Origin: Candidatus Bathyarchaeota archaeon
GTDB taxonomy: Archaea; Thermoproteota; Bathyarchaeia; Bathyarchaeales; Bathycorpusculaceae
Direction of reading: 5' to 3'
Length of the DNA: 64,000 bases
NCBI GenBank assembly: GCA_963833575.1
Contig: CAWHXY010000007.1
Location: 224,001-288,000 of the forward strand
Shown here: one piece after another, positions 19,270 to 29,453 of the stretch
Numbering within the stretch: position 1 is the first letter of the stretch
How the letters are laid out: every line of letters begins with the position of its first letter
Notes under the pieces: model-generated
What the model was told of the DNA's origin: nothing
Seen by the model: only the letters and a program-made list of their open reading frames with translations
Databases searched by the model: none
Position numbers and translations under genes: made by a program

Positions 19270-20998
19270 GCTGCTGCAGACTGGTGTGCCTGGGAAGGCA
19301 TAGTGATGGAAAATATTCTAAATAATACTTACATCACCAAATCAACTGAAATCGTAAACCCCACCATTAACGCATTAAAAATATTGCCATATTAGGCTAC
19401 ATTAAACATTAGAAAAGTTAACGCTGAACCCAACAAACCTCAAAATAAAGCCTATTAGAAACAAAATTCCACCAACAAACAGTGGTGCAAGAGCAAAAAA
19501 CCCTTAAAAAGTTATCAAAGAATTATCATCAAAACACATAATGCAACGTGGGCTCAAAAGTAAGCGACCTCAAAGTTTCTGCGAGGAAGTTGGTTAATGG
19601 CAACTCACTAAACAAATTGTACAGAATTCTAAGTTAGATAGCTTACAATAAGCAGGTAGGTCTTTTTAAACTTGTTACAAAAGCCGGCAAACGAGCTGAT
19701 TGTTGATTTATCTGAAATAAAAAATATTTGTCTAAGCAGAATTTATTTAGACTTTAGGCTCGATTACAAAATTTTCCTTTTTTGAGTTTGTGCGCTAAAT
19801 CCGCAAAGTTTTCGGAATTAAGGAAAAAACTGTAAAAGTGGTCGAAGGTGATACGAAAAAATTGGCTTTTGCTTCGCATGGAGATTTTCGAGGGTACTTA
19901 TATGAGGCCCCGATATTCTCCATGCCACTCTCCCAAGGCACCTAGCTAAAGGGCTGAATTAACCCTATTTTGAGGTTTCAAGCTTAAATTGACAGTTTAA
20001 ATTATCGTTTCCATAGAAAAAAACGACGAACTTTTTTGTCTCTTGGAATTCGTGAAAAAACAAACATCAAAATTAAAATTTATGCCAATGTGAGCTCTAT
20101 TTCACCTTATTTTATTAAAATAAAGCTAACGGTGTTCCGTAATTTTTATTATTCCAATTTAAGAAAAAAATTTGTAAACTTGCGAGAACAACAACAACTG
20201 CGCACAGCACCGTATCCTACTTCTTGTCTGGGTCTGCGAGAGAAAGAAAAAACTTGAAAAAGCATCATTATTTGTTTGGGTTGTCTGGCGAACTTCTGAA
20301 TTGTGAAAAAACTGAATTGTACTGAATGCATTCTTTTCTGTAACCAGTCCGCAATAGAGTTATCAGATCAAAGTCAGCCAACTTATCAAAACAAAGGCTA
20401 TCCTCCTAAAATTTTATAAACTCCACAAATATCTCAAAAAGTTAATTATGCTAACTTCACAAAACAATTGTCTCGTTACTTGCTAAATTCTTTTCTGAAA
20501 TCATACAAAAAAATAAACAGCATGTCCCTCTGTGAGACGAGGTCAAGTCTTGAACTATGTTACTACAAAAAATAGTAGCGAATGCGGTTCAATAGTTATT
20601 ACCTGTTGTCTAATTGATCTTAACCTGTCGTTAAGCCAACGGTTTGGAGAAATTTTGAAAATCTTTTTTACTCTTATTGTAAGAGCAAGTATACTATTGA
20701 AGGTTCCAAGCCTGCCTAAAAGGTGCTAAGTTTGAGTCGCCACTTGATCTAAAAAAAGTGCTGAGTGACTATCGTGCTACGGGTATTACCAAATTCTTGA
20801 TCATCACAGACAACAACTAACAAAAAGATAAGGCCATTTCAACATGTCAATTAGGCAAAAGGCATTCCGCCAAAACATTTCTATTTCTTGACAGGGTAAT
20901 CAACTATTAGTTCTAAGAATTAAACAGTCCATAATAACGGCACCGCTTAAATGCAATCAACAGCAACTTCCACCTGATCTTTAAGAAAATAGTTTCTT

Positions 20999-21026
20999 GT
21001 ATACAAAAGCATCACCCAAACCCAGT
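20999..21026 (-). repeat. 28-bp dispersed repeat copy 4: ACTGGGTTTGGGTGATGCTTTTGTATAC
   Basis: Read directly. Confidence 0.88.
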
Positions 21027-21036
21027 CGGCAGGGAG

Positions 21037-22317
21037 TTAAGTTGACCGTTTTCTTTTATAAACTAAGACCGCTATGACGATTGCCATTAGTACTATAGCA
21101 CTCGCGATTGCTGGAAACTCTGGGACTGACGGTGATGGAGATGCTGATATGTTAGGTGCAGTTAGAAATGGCACAAAGTTTACCGTACCCAAACTGGAAT
21201 CATGTTTATTGTCATAGATTGTTTTGCTGATTGCTGTTTGGTTGGTTGTTCCCCAATAATTGTAAGTTGCATTTACGTTGCTTGTAACTAAATGAGATAG
21301 GAAGAGGTTGTAAGAATTATTTTGGAAATTATTATAGATGACAGTTGGAAAATCAAAATTGTTGACTTGTTGAATCCCTATGTAGTTGTTTTCTATCGTG
21401 TTATTTATCACTCTATTAGGTCCTTCAATATTGATGCCATCATGATTGTTCGTAATCAAATTATTTTCGATGACTCCGAAACCTTCTGCTGCAATGCCTT
21501 GCACGCCGCAACCACTTATTGTATTTCCAGAAATGGTAATATTATTTGCAGGAAGTGTCAAAAAACTGATTCCTACTCCGTTTATGCCGCCACCTGTAAT
21601 TTTGTTATTTGAAATCACTGGTGTTCCTTGCAGATCGCTGCTATCTTCTATGTTGCCGCCGATAACATTGGTTTGTACCTGAACTGAACCGTTAATTTGG
21701 TTGTTTAAAACTGTGGAAGGTCCAGTTAGATCGATTTCGCCCGCAACAATATTATTTGAAATTACTGAAGTTCCGTTGGAAGTAATGTAGCCCGTGATTT
21801 CATTGTTATCTATTTTTGGCGAACTTTCAAGAGCTAATGTAGTTGAGTTGATGATTGCGTTTTCAATTATGCTTCCAGACCTAGTTTGAGCGTCATATCC
21901 AACGCTTAGTTTTGTAAAGTTGATTCCATAAGTAAAAGGAGGGTTAGGCGCTGGTGGAGGCATAAAGGGGCCTGTACCGCTTACGCCATTTATTTGTATC
22001 TTGTCAGTGCTTGTGCCTTTTGCAACCAAAGCACCATTAACAGTTATGTAATAGTTGTTGAGGTTCACCGTTGCTCCTGCTTCTAATGTTAACGTAACCC
22101 TCTGGCTTACTGAAACATTTCCAATCAAATTGTATGAGCTCCCAGCTATAGTCCAAGTTGTATTGGCGTTGATTACGCCTTTTTCGTTCGTACCAATTTG
22201 CGCCAACCCGAAATGTACTGAACCCGTGAAAGCAAACCCGCCAATCACAATCGCAATAAGTGCTAATTCAAAATAGTGATGTCTCAAAGCTAGACCAAAA
22301 GTTAAGGGACTATTCAA
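21037..22317 (-). CDS. Secreted right-handed beta-helix (NosD-like) protein with PEF-CTERM-like sorting signal
   Basis: Asn/Ile-rich repeats (NNxI), NYWG motif, C-terminal VPEF + TM + KRKR. Confidence 0.85.
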   Translation of the reverse strand: MNSPLTFGLALRHHYFELALIAIVIGGFAFTGSVHFGLAQIGTNEKGVINANTTWTIAGSSYNLIGNVSVSQRVTLTLEAGATVNLNNYYITVNGALVAKGTSTDKIQINGVSGTGPFMPPPAPNPPFTYGINFTKLSVGYDAQTRSGSIIENAIINSTTLALESSPKIDNNEITGYITSNGTSVISNNIVAGEIDLTGPSTVLNNQINGSVQVQTNVIGGNIEDSSDLQGTPVISNNKITGGGINGVGISFLTLPANNITISGNTISGCGVQGIAAEGFGVIENNLITNNHDGINIEGPNRVINNTIENNYIGIQQVNNFDFPTVIYNNFQNNSYNLFLSHLVTSNVNATYNYWGTTNQTAISKTIYDNKHDSSLGTVNFVPFLTAPNISASPSPSVPEFPAIASAIVLMAIVIAVLVYKRKRST

Positions 22318-22937
22318 GGAATTTATTGTTTATCCTTTTGGGTTGGAATACAAACAGATTAACAGAACGCACTTTTACACCCTGCTGGCTTTGTATTTAC
22401 CTAATTAACGCCCGAGAAGAATCGAACATTGACGAAGGTTAAATATACGTGCGCCCAAAAGATGATCATGAAGAAAAATACAGCAAATAAATCATAAAAC
22501 AAGTCGTTAATAGCGGGCGTAAGAGTTCTTTTGATTAAAATGGCTGCTTAACACGTAAAGCAAAGTTGGCTTGGTCTAAAAAAAGCAATTTTTGATTGAT
22601 TTCTAATATTTTTTGGGCTATGAAAATGTATCTTTTTACCTTTTGGGCAGACAAGTTCTGAAAATCCTGTGATTCAATGGTTTTTGCTATTCGAAAGTTA
22701 TCTGGATTGGGAATTTTATACACCTAAAAGTTAAAATGACTTCTAAGTCATAGTTGACAATAACACGTTGCTTGCTAATTATTCATGGCTTGCATGTTTT
22801 TAGCACTTCGGTTGCCGAAGAGATAAGTTACAAAAACATACAAAACCAGAGAGACAAACGACCAGCTATACATCAAAAAATAGATTTAGAAACATTTTTC
22901 AATTATCTGCATCTATCAATCAGCTAAGGAAGCGCAC

Positions 22938-23354
22938 ATGTCAAGCTTTAAAGTCGTGAACAAGAGCTTTAGCTTCACCACTAAAGGCGAAATAGATTTT
23001 GTTGATTTGAGCGACAAAGTCCAAGATGAGGTTTCACTTTCAGGCATCAAAAACGGGATTGCACACGTCTTTGCCCCTCATGCAACAGGCATCCTAATTC
23101 TAACAGAAAACGATGAGGCTCTTCTTGAAGACATCAAGATTCTGTTTGAAGAGCTTGCGCCAAAACAAAAAAGATACCTTCACCCTTCTAACGCCCACTC
23201 CCACCTGCGGTCTATGCTTCTGCCGCCAGATAAAACCCTGCCCGTAATTGACGGCAAGGTAACTTTTGGCACCTGGCAGTCATTGCTATTTGTAGAAACC
23301 GATGTTTACCCAAGAAAACGAACAATGATAATCCAAGTTATAGGTGAGCAATAA
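22938..23354 (+). CDS. YjbQ/UPF0047 family protein
   Basis: PHAT..I...EN, NAHSHLRS, GTWQS. Confidence 0.92.
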   Translation: MSSFKVVNKSFSFTTKGEIDFVDLSDKVQDEVSLSGIKNGIAHVFAPHATGILILTENDEALLEDIKILFEELAPKQKRYLHPSNAHSHLRSMLLPPDKTLPVIDGKVTFGTWQSLLFVETDVYPRKRTMIIQVIGEQ

Positions 23355-23949
23355 AAATCCAAAAGAGTCAAATGGCAGCTCACTTTTTACAAGCGTTCTA
23401 TTTTTTTCAAAGTTTCTTTTTTTCGATTTTTTGTCATGACGAATATGTTGGTTAACATATAGTTTTAACTGTTTAATGATAATCAAACAAACTTGCATGT
23501 TATTTTTTAACTATTTATTGTTAAAAGTGATCATTCGCAGGGATTTCGATAACAAACCAATCTGATTGTATTTCGCCTCATTAGTAAATAGATTTGTGAC
23601 CGCTGAAAATCCTGAAATCAATTGCTAATAAGACTTGGGTAAACACATTCAGACAAACCCGGACCCCTCGTAAAGACTACTTTCAACCAAAAACGCATCA
23701 CGTCTTGATTAACTGAACGAAAATACCGAAATGACTAAGAAAAAATTCAAAATTTTAGCTCAAAGCAAACGAATTGTCGGGTATTGTTACGAAAAAAGTA
23801 AAGCGCAATCAATTCTCTGCAAATACAATCAGATAGAGACCAAATCTGGCACTCAGTGAAGTAGTAGGGTTACAGTTTGGTTTTCTAAAAACAAAATTTC
23901 TAAAAAAAGAATTCATGATTATATAAGGTTCGGTGTACTTCGAGAAAAA

Positions 23950-24690
23950 TCAGCTTTTCTTCTCTGTACGAACCTGTCTCGCTGGCCCTCGAGAACGCAT
24001 TCGAGCTTTTTTCTTTACATCGGCCCGCTCTGAAGACTTTTCCGCCAAAGAGTCAGGTTCCGTTTCCTCTAAAGGTAAGCTGTCAACTGCATCAGGAAAA
24101 TCATCGTTTGTGGCCTGTTGCGCTCCAGCATTAACCATCGCTTCGACGGCCCGGTCCACGTCGCCTGATTCCGCGTTAATGCCTCGTGTTGCATCCATAA
24201 GCACCACTGTCTCAAAACCAAGTTTGCGTGCATCAAGAACTGTGTTCACAACGCAATAATCCGTTGCCAACCCACCAACAAAAAGCCGTCTAGCTTCGCA
24301 CATTTTCAGTTCATGGGCGAAGCTTGTTCCATCAAAAACCGAGTAGCTTTCATGTTCAGGATTGGTTGCCTTGGAAATAACCGCGGCTACAGACGGTAGT
24401 TTGAGGTCAGGGCTAAACTTGGCGCCGTCTGTATCTTGTATGCAATGAGGCGGCCATGGACCGCCCTGCGCTTTAAACGAGATATGATTGGATGGATGCC
24501 AATCTCTAGATTCAAAAATATGCACTTTTGCATCTGCAAAACGTTTTGCGTACGCATTAAGAACAGGAATTATTTCGTCCACACCTTCAACGGGAAGCGC
24601 TCCGCCTGGCAAGAAATCTTTTTGCATATCCGTAATCAAAAGGGCATCAAAACTTGATAGATTATACGTTTTCTTCTTCAAATAACACAC
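23950..24690 (-). CDS. pncA: Nicotinamidase/pyrazinamidase
   Basis: DMQKDFLPGGAL, RDWHP, WPPHCIQ, GLATDYCV. Confidence 0.92.
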   Translation of the reverse strand: MCYLKKKTYNLSSFDALLITDMQKDFLPGGALPVEGVDEIIPVLNAYAKRFADAKVHIFESRDWHPSNHISFKAQGGPWPPHCIQDTDGAKFSPDLKLPSVAAVISKATNPEHESYSVFDGTSFAHELKMCEARRLFVGGLATDYCVVNTVLDARKLGFETVVLMDATRGINAESGDVDRAVEAMVNAGAQQATNDDFPDAVDSLPLEETEPDSLAEKSSERADVKKKARMRSRGPARQVRTEKKS

Positions 24691-24827
24691 CTTATTTCCA
24701 TTTTTCTTTAATGAATACTTAGAAATTCAAGTTAGAATAAGCAGGTACTATCGAATAAACTTTTTGAAACCATTTGGTCGACGGAAAAGTAATTAAGGAT
24801 TTGTTACTTTAATGAAATGGTGAAGTT

Positions 24828-25094
24828 ATGTCTGTTTTATCTTATGTTCTTTTTAAAGTTGCTTCAGGCACAGAAAGGGAAGTTGCTCAAAAAATGACTG
24901 AATTCGAAGAGGTTATGGAAGCAGATGTAGTTTTCGGCGAGTACGATGTCATTGCAAGAATGGCAACAGTTGATCTGGAAAAGTTACAGGATTTTGTTTC
25001 AGATAAAGTGAGAACTGTCCCGAACGTTCTTGTGACATCAACTATGATAATTTCAAGAGAATACAAGGGAAAAACCCATCGACCAAAAAAATAA
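24828..25094 (+). CDS. Stand-alone Lrp/AsnC ligand-binding domain
   Basis: VFGEYDVIA, VTSTMI; no HTH. Confidence 0.88.
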   Translation: MSVLSYVLFKVASGTEREVAQKMTEFEEVMEADVVFGEYDVIARMATVDLEKLQDFVSDKVRTVPNVLVTSTMIISREYKGKTHRPKK

Positions 25095-25103
25095 GCACTC
25101 TTT

Positions 25104-25131
25104 TAGTTGTTCGGTTGATGCTTTTGTATAC
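25104..25131 (+). repeat. 28-bp dispersed repeat copy 5: TAGTTGTTCGGTTGATGCTTTTGTATAC
   Basis: Read directly; 18-bp core is perfect. Confidence 0.88.
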
Positions 25132-25187
25132 CAACATGGATAGCCTTATCTTTTTAACCTGAGCAATAAAATACGAAGGCATCAAAC

Positions 25188-26729
25188 ATGCAAACAAAAA
25201 CCAATGACGACTCTATCTCAAGCAAAGAAATGCAAGCCTTAGAAGTCAACGCTGAATATTATGGCATAAGCTTGCTTCAACTAATGGAAAACGCTGGCTG
25301 TAAAATTGCTCACGAAACAATTTCACGTTTCCCCAAAGAAAAGAAAATTGCTATTTTCTGCGGTTTAGGCGGAAACGGAGGCGATGGCTTTGTAGCTGCA
25401 AGGCATCTTTTAGACGCTGGATACCACGTGACAGTTATTCTTGTGGGTAAGGCTCGAGACATCAATCATGAAGCTGCATTGAAAAACTGGGTGATTCTTG
25501 AGTCTTTGCAAGATAAAGTTTCATTAATTGAAATAATAGATAGTTCCACTATACCTCAAACATCGGCTGATATTGTGGTAGATGCTTTGTTGGGAACTGG
25601 AACCAAGGGGAAACTTAAGCCGCCAATATCCCAAACAGTTGAATACATTAATTCCTTAAATGCTTTTAAAATAGCAATCGATGTCCCAACAGGCATCGAC
25701 TCGGACACAGGAGAAGTTTTAGGTACAGCACTAAAAGCCAATCTCACAGTAACTTTCCATAAAGAGAAAACGGGACTAAAAAAAGCAAAAAAATATGTCG
25801 GCGAATTGACTTTGGCAAAGATAGGTTTGCCAAAGGAAATAGAGCATTACACTGGTCCAGGTGACGTTTATCTTGCAAAAAAGCCACGTAACCCAACATC
25901 TCATAAAGGCGATTTCGGGCGACTTCTTGTCATCGGCGGAAGCGAAGTTTATTATGGAGCGCCTACGCTGGTTTCGCTTGGAGCCATGCGGACAGGTGTG
26001 GACCTTGTTTATCTTGCGGCTCCTGCTAAGGCTGCTTGCGCTATTTCGTCCATGTCTCCTGACCTAATAACTGTGAAGCTTGATGGCGCCAATTTGAATC
26101 CAGGTAACATAGAGACGCTCATTCCTTATTTGAGCTTGGTTGACACTGTTGCCTTAGGTCCTGGTTTAGGCTTGAGCCCTGAAACATTAGAATTCGTTAA
26201 ATTATGTATTAAAGAAGTGGAGAAGGCGGGTAAATCCTTGCTTCTGGACGCGGATGGGATTAAAGCGTTTGCAAAGTTTAAAAGACCTCTAAAGGTACCA
26301 TTGGTTTTGACGCCTCATGCAGGTGAATACGCCACACTTTCAGGTAGAACTTTGCCTGAAAATCTAGACGAACGTGCTTTGGCAGTGCAGAAGACCGCAG
26401 GAAAACTCAATGCTGTTGTCTTAGTGAAGGGCAAAGTTGACGTAATATGTGATGCCTTCCGATTTAAATTCAATTTCACGGGAAACGTGGGTATGACTGT
26501 GGGCGGAACAGGTGATGTTCTAAGTGGTATTGTTGGCGGTTTGATGGCTCAACATATCGACCCGTTTGAAGCAGCAGTTGCCGGCGCGTTTGTTAATGGA
26601 GCTGCAGGCGATTTTGTCGCAGAAGAAATTGGTTTTCACATGGTAGCTACAGACATTATTGATTGGATTCCACAAGTTTTAGATGACCCGATGAGTCATT
26701 TGAAGGTGCGCAAACCAAGTGGAAGATAA
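25188..26729 (+). CDS. nnr: Bifunctional NAD(P)H-hydrate epimerase/dehydratase
   Basis: LMENAG, GNGGDG, DALLGTG, HKGDFG, TPHAGE, GGTGDVL. Confidence 0.95.
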   Translation: MQTKTNDDSISSKEMQALEVNAEYYGISLLQLMENAGCKIAHETISRFPKEKKIAIFCGLGGNGGDGFVAARHLLDAGYHVTVILVGKARDINHEAALKNWVILESLQDKVSLIEIIDSSTIPQTSADIVVDALLGTGTKGKLKPPISQTVEYINSLNAFKIAIDVPTGIDSDTGEVLGTALKANLTVTFHKEKTGLKKAKKYVGELTLAKIGLPKEIEHYTGPGDVYLAKKPRNPTSHKGDFGRLLVIGGSEVYYGAPTLVSLGAMRTGVDLVYLAAPAKAACAISSMSPDLITVKLDGANLNPGNIETLIPYLSLVDTVALGPGLGLSPETLEFVKLCIKEVEKAGKSLLLDADGIKAFAKFKRPLKVPLVLTPHAGEYATLSGRTLPENLDERALAVQKTAGKLNAVVLVKGKVDVICDAFRFKFNFTGNVGMTVGGTGDVLSGIVGGLMAQHIDPFEAAVAGAFVNGAAGDFVAEEIGFHMVATDIIDWIPQVLDDPMSHLKVRKPSGR

Positions 26730-27276
26730 CGCCGAAACTTCGGCTCCAAAGTTTCCTTTGCGAATTACCATCTATCATGCCGCTCAAGATGATCCTAAAA
26801 AAAACACTGCCTTAAGATTAAAACGTCGTGGATTTGCACGGATAGTTACTAAGACACGGTTTCTACCAAAACGAGCTATAGTGCTAAATCCGTTCGGTGA
26901 AATTGCTTTTTCACCTGCAGACAGAGAGCGAATTGAGCAGTTTGGGTTGGCTGCGCTGGATTGCAGTTGGGAACATGCAGAAAAAGTCATGGGTGATCAC
27001 GTTAAAGGAACAAGTCGTTGCTTGCCCATTCTAATTGCGGGAAACGCTGTCAATTTTGGGAAACTTACCAAGTTAACTACTGCCGAAGCCATAGCCGCTG
27101 CATTATATATTGCTGGATTCCAAAAGGAATCACATGAGCTTTTATCAATTTTCACTTGGGGACACACGTTTTTCGATTTAAACGCCATGCTGCTTGGCAA
27201 TTATGTTGCAGCCAAAGATAGTACTGAAATCGTGGAAATGCAAAATAGGCTTTTGAAGGGCAAGAAATGTGAATAA
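26719..27276 (+). CDS. tsr3: 16S rRNA aminocarboxypropyltransferase (DUF367)
   Basis: DDPKKNT, SPADR, LDCSW, R.LP.LIAGN.VNFG, AEA, F.WGHTF. Confidence 0.9.
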   Translation: MEDNAETSAPKFPLRITIYHAAQDDPKKNTALRLKRRGFARIVTKTRFLPKRAIVLNPFGEIAFSPADRERIEQFGLAALDCSWEHAEKVMGDHVKGTSRCLPILIAGNAVNFGKLTKLTTAEAIAAALYIAGFQKESHELLSIFTWGHTFFDLNAMLLGNYVAAKDSTEIVEMQNRLLKGKKCE

Positions 27277-27278
27277 CA

Positions 27279-27306
27279 CTGGGGTTTTGTTGATGCTTTT
27301 GTATAC
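27279..27306 (+). repeat. 28-bp dispersed repeat copy 6: CTGGGGTTTTGTTGATGCTTTTGTATAC
   Basis: Read directly. Confidence 0.9.
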
Positions 27307-27375
27307 AGAATCATGAAAGACTTATAGCAAACCATTGCAAAACTCATTAAAAGGCGCCATGGGTTATGGTGAAGC

Positions 27376-28017
27376 TTGCAATACATAACTGATTTCTATT
27401 TATTCTTAGCTTCAGTCATGCTGATTTCACTCTCAGGCGTCCTAATGCCAGGACCATTATTCGCCGTTACATTAAAGAAAGCAACAAAAAGCAAGGTTGC
27501 AGGAGCATTAATTGCCCTGGGACACGGATTAGTGGAGTTTCCGCTGATGTTTCTAATTTTCTTCTTGCTCAGCCAATTTAACATTCCAAGCATTGTGCAA
27601 GTAGTAGTTGGAGTGGTTGGAGGACTCTTGATGATTCTTATGGGCATACAAACATTCAGAAACAGAAGCAAAAGGGAGGAATCAAAGGTAAGTCTTAAGC
27701 TGGATTCCGTATTTGCGGGAGTTTATACAACAGCAGTTAATGCAGGCTTCATTTTGTGGTGGTTAACCATTGGCACAACACTCATACTAAATGCTCGACT
27801 GTTTGGGTTTGTTGGATTTTCAATATTTGCTGGTGTTCATTGGTTAATTGATTTCTCATGGTACACTATAACGGCATTGGTGATTTTTAAGTCGCAGCGA
27901 TTTTGGAACGAGCGCATAAGAATGGGAATTACAATTTTTTGTGTTGCAGTCTTCATCGGTTTTGGAGCTTACTTTATGGGTTCAACATTATGGGTTTCTA
28001 TTAGTACAGTTATATAG
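27376..28017 (+). CDS. LysE family translocator
   Basis: SGVLMPGP, GHGLVE, WWLTIG, HW..DF.W. Confidence 0.88.
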   Translation: MQYITDFYLFLASVMLISLSGVLMPGPLFAVTLKKATKSKVAGALIALGHGLVEFPLMFLIFFLLSQFNIPSIVQVVVGVVGGLLMILMGIQTFRNRSKREESKVSLKLDSVFAGVYTTAVNAGFILWWLTIGTTLILNARLFGFVGFSIFAGVHWLIDFSWYTITALVIFKSQRFWNERIRMGITIFCVAVFIGFGAYFMGSTLWVSISTVI

Positions 28018-28037
28018 AAAGCGGAGAGAATACTGTC

Positions 28038-28592
28038 ATGAAATTTCACGTAGGAAACACAGTTTTCGAGTTAATCAAAGGCGACATCACCGAGATTGAA
28101 ACTTATGCTATTGTTAACGCGGCAAATTCGTCGCTGAAGGGTGGAGGGGGAGTGGATGGAGCGATACATAGTAAAGGGGGACCTAAAATTCTTGAAGAAT
28201 GTAAACGTATAAGAGACACTGAGTGGCCTGATGGTTTGCCAACTGGAAAATCAGTGATTACTTCAGGCGGCAACCTGAAAGCTAAATATGTTATTCATAC
28301 AGTTGGGCCTGTCTGGATGGGAGGATTCCACGTCGAATCTGAACTTTTGAAACAGGCATACAGGAACTCGCTGAAACTAGCAGTTGCTAAAGGACTTAAG
28401 ACAATTGCGTTTCCATCAATTAGCACTGGAGCTTATGGCTATCCTATTGAAGAAGCCAGCCTGATAGCAGTCAAAACGATAAAGGATTTTCTGGAAAAGG
28501 AAGATAAAATTGTAAAAGTTGTTTTTGTATTGTTTTCTGGTAATGCATTTGAAGTCTATTTGAAAACTGCGAAAGCCCTTTTGAAGCCTTAG
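28038..28592 (+). CDS. Macro-domain O-acetyl-ADP-ribose deacetylase (YmdB-like)
   Basis: GDIT, AIVNAANSSL.GGGGVDGAIH, HTVGPVW, AFPSISTGAYGYP. Confidence 0.95.
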   Translation: MKFHVGNTVFELIKGDITEIETYAIVNAANSSLKGGGGVDGAIHSKGGPKILEECKRIRDTEWPDGLPTGKSVITSGGNLKAKYVIHTVGPVWMGGFHVESELLKQAYRNSLKLAVAKGLKTIAFPSISTGAYGYPIEEASLIAVKTIKDFLEKEDKIVKVVFVLFSGNAFEVYLKTAKALLKP

Positions 28593-28782
28593 CCTCAAAA
28601 GAAATCATTACCAAATGCTAAGTTTATCGACATTGTTTTTATTGGTTAAACTAACTATGTCTTTTTTAGACGCATCAATTTTCAGAATATATCAAATATT
28701 AAAACAAGCCATATATTAATATTTGAGATACAAATGTATTCACGAACAACAAATCAACAATACGGACAAAGAGAGTTAGAAA

Positions 28783-29157
28783 ATGAAACAAGGATTAACT
28801 GAGTTGGGTTTTGAAATTCTTTTTTCAACCGATGACTCGCCAGGTAAAATTGCCTTTGATCAGGCAATCGAAGAATCAATTGAGGCCGCGCTTTCGCTTT
28901 TGGGAAATATAAGTAAAGAAAGGGTTTATCACCATTTGGAAAACAGGTATGGCTTAAAGAAAGAGGATATTCCTCGGCGTATTGGAGAGTTCACGCATGC
29001 TTTTGAAGAAACATTTGGCTCAGTTGCTAAGCTCCTTGAAATAAAAATAATTGAGCGGCTTCATTCTAAATTCGGGAATTTCTCTTATAGTCCGATGCAT
29101 GAAGACATAGATTTCATAGAATTTATTAATAATCTTCAGCAGTATTTGGAGACTTAA
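28783..29157 (+). CDS. NitrOD5/DUF3227-like small output-domain protein
   Basis: EAALSLLG...VYHHLE..YGLKKEDIP....F..AFEETFG..AKLLE. Confidence 0.65.
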   Translation: MKQGLTELGFEILFSTDDSPGKIAFDQAIEESIEAALSLLGNISKERVYHHLENRYGLKKEDIPRRIGEFTHAFEETFGSVAKLLEIKIIERLHSKFGNFSYSPMHEDIDFIEFINNLQQYLET

Positions 29158-29453
29158 ACAACCGTTAAAGTCAAAGTCGACTTAATGCTATCAAGATTTT
29201 TTATATTTTTAAACACTACTTCACGAAGTTGCTCCAAAGATTCACCACTTACTTTGGCAATAATATCGTAAGCTCCACGAGAATTATAAAGCTCAACAAC
29301 ACCTTCAACATTTTTCAAATCTTCAAGTGCGCCTTTGGTTGAATCAGGTTTGGCGGTTATGAAAACAAAAGCAAACCTTTTAGAAGTCTGGGTCGTTTCC
29401 ATTAAAGAATTAATGTCGATTCCGGCACCTATGTTTGCGAAGACATTTTCCAA
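29154..29453 (-). CDS. Stand-alone Lrp/AsnC ligand-binding domain
   Basis: AFVFI, GAYDIIAKV, STLTL. Confidence 0.85.
   Translation of the reverse strand: MENVFANIGAGIDINSLMETTQTSKRFAFVFITAKPDSTKGALEDLKNVEGVVELYNSRGAYDIIAKVSGESLEQLREVVFKNIKNLDSIKSTLTLTVV

Noticed and set aside
20036-20729. Short ORFs in the gene-free block
   Set aside because: Short, no motifs, mostly non-ATG starts, composition like AT-rich non-coding DNA
14702-27306. 28-bp repeats as a CRISPR array
   Set aside because: Copies are 0.6-4 kb apart, in both orientations, with no spacer periodicity and no cas genes
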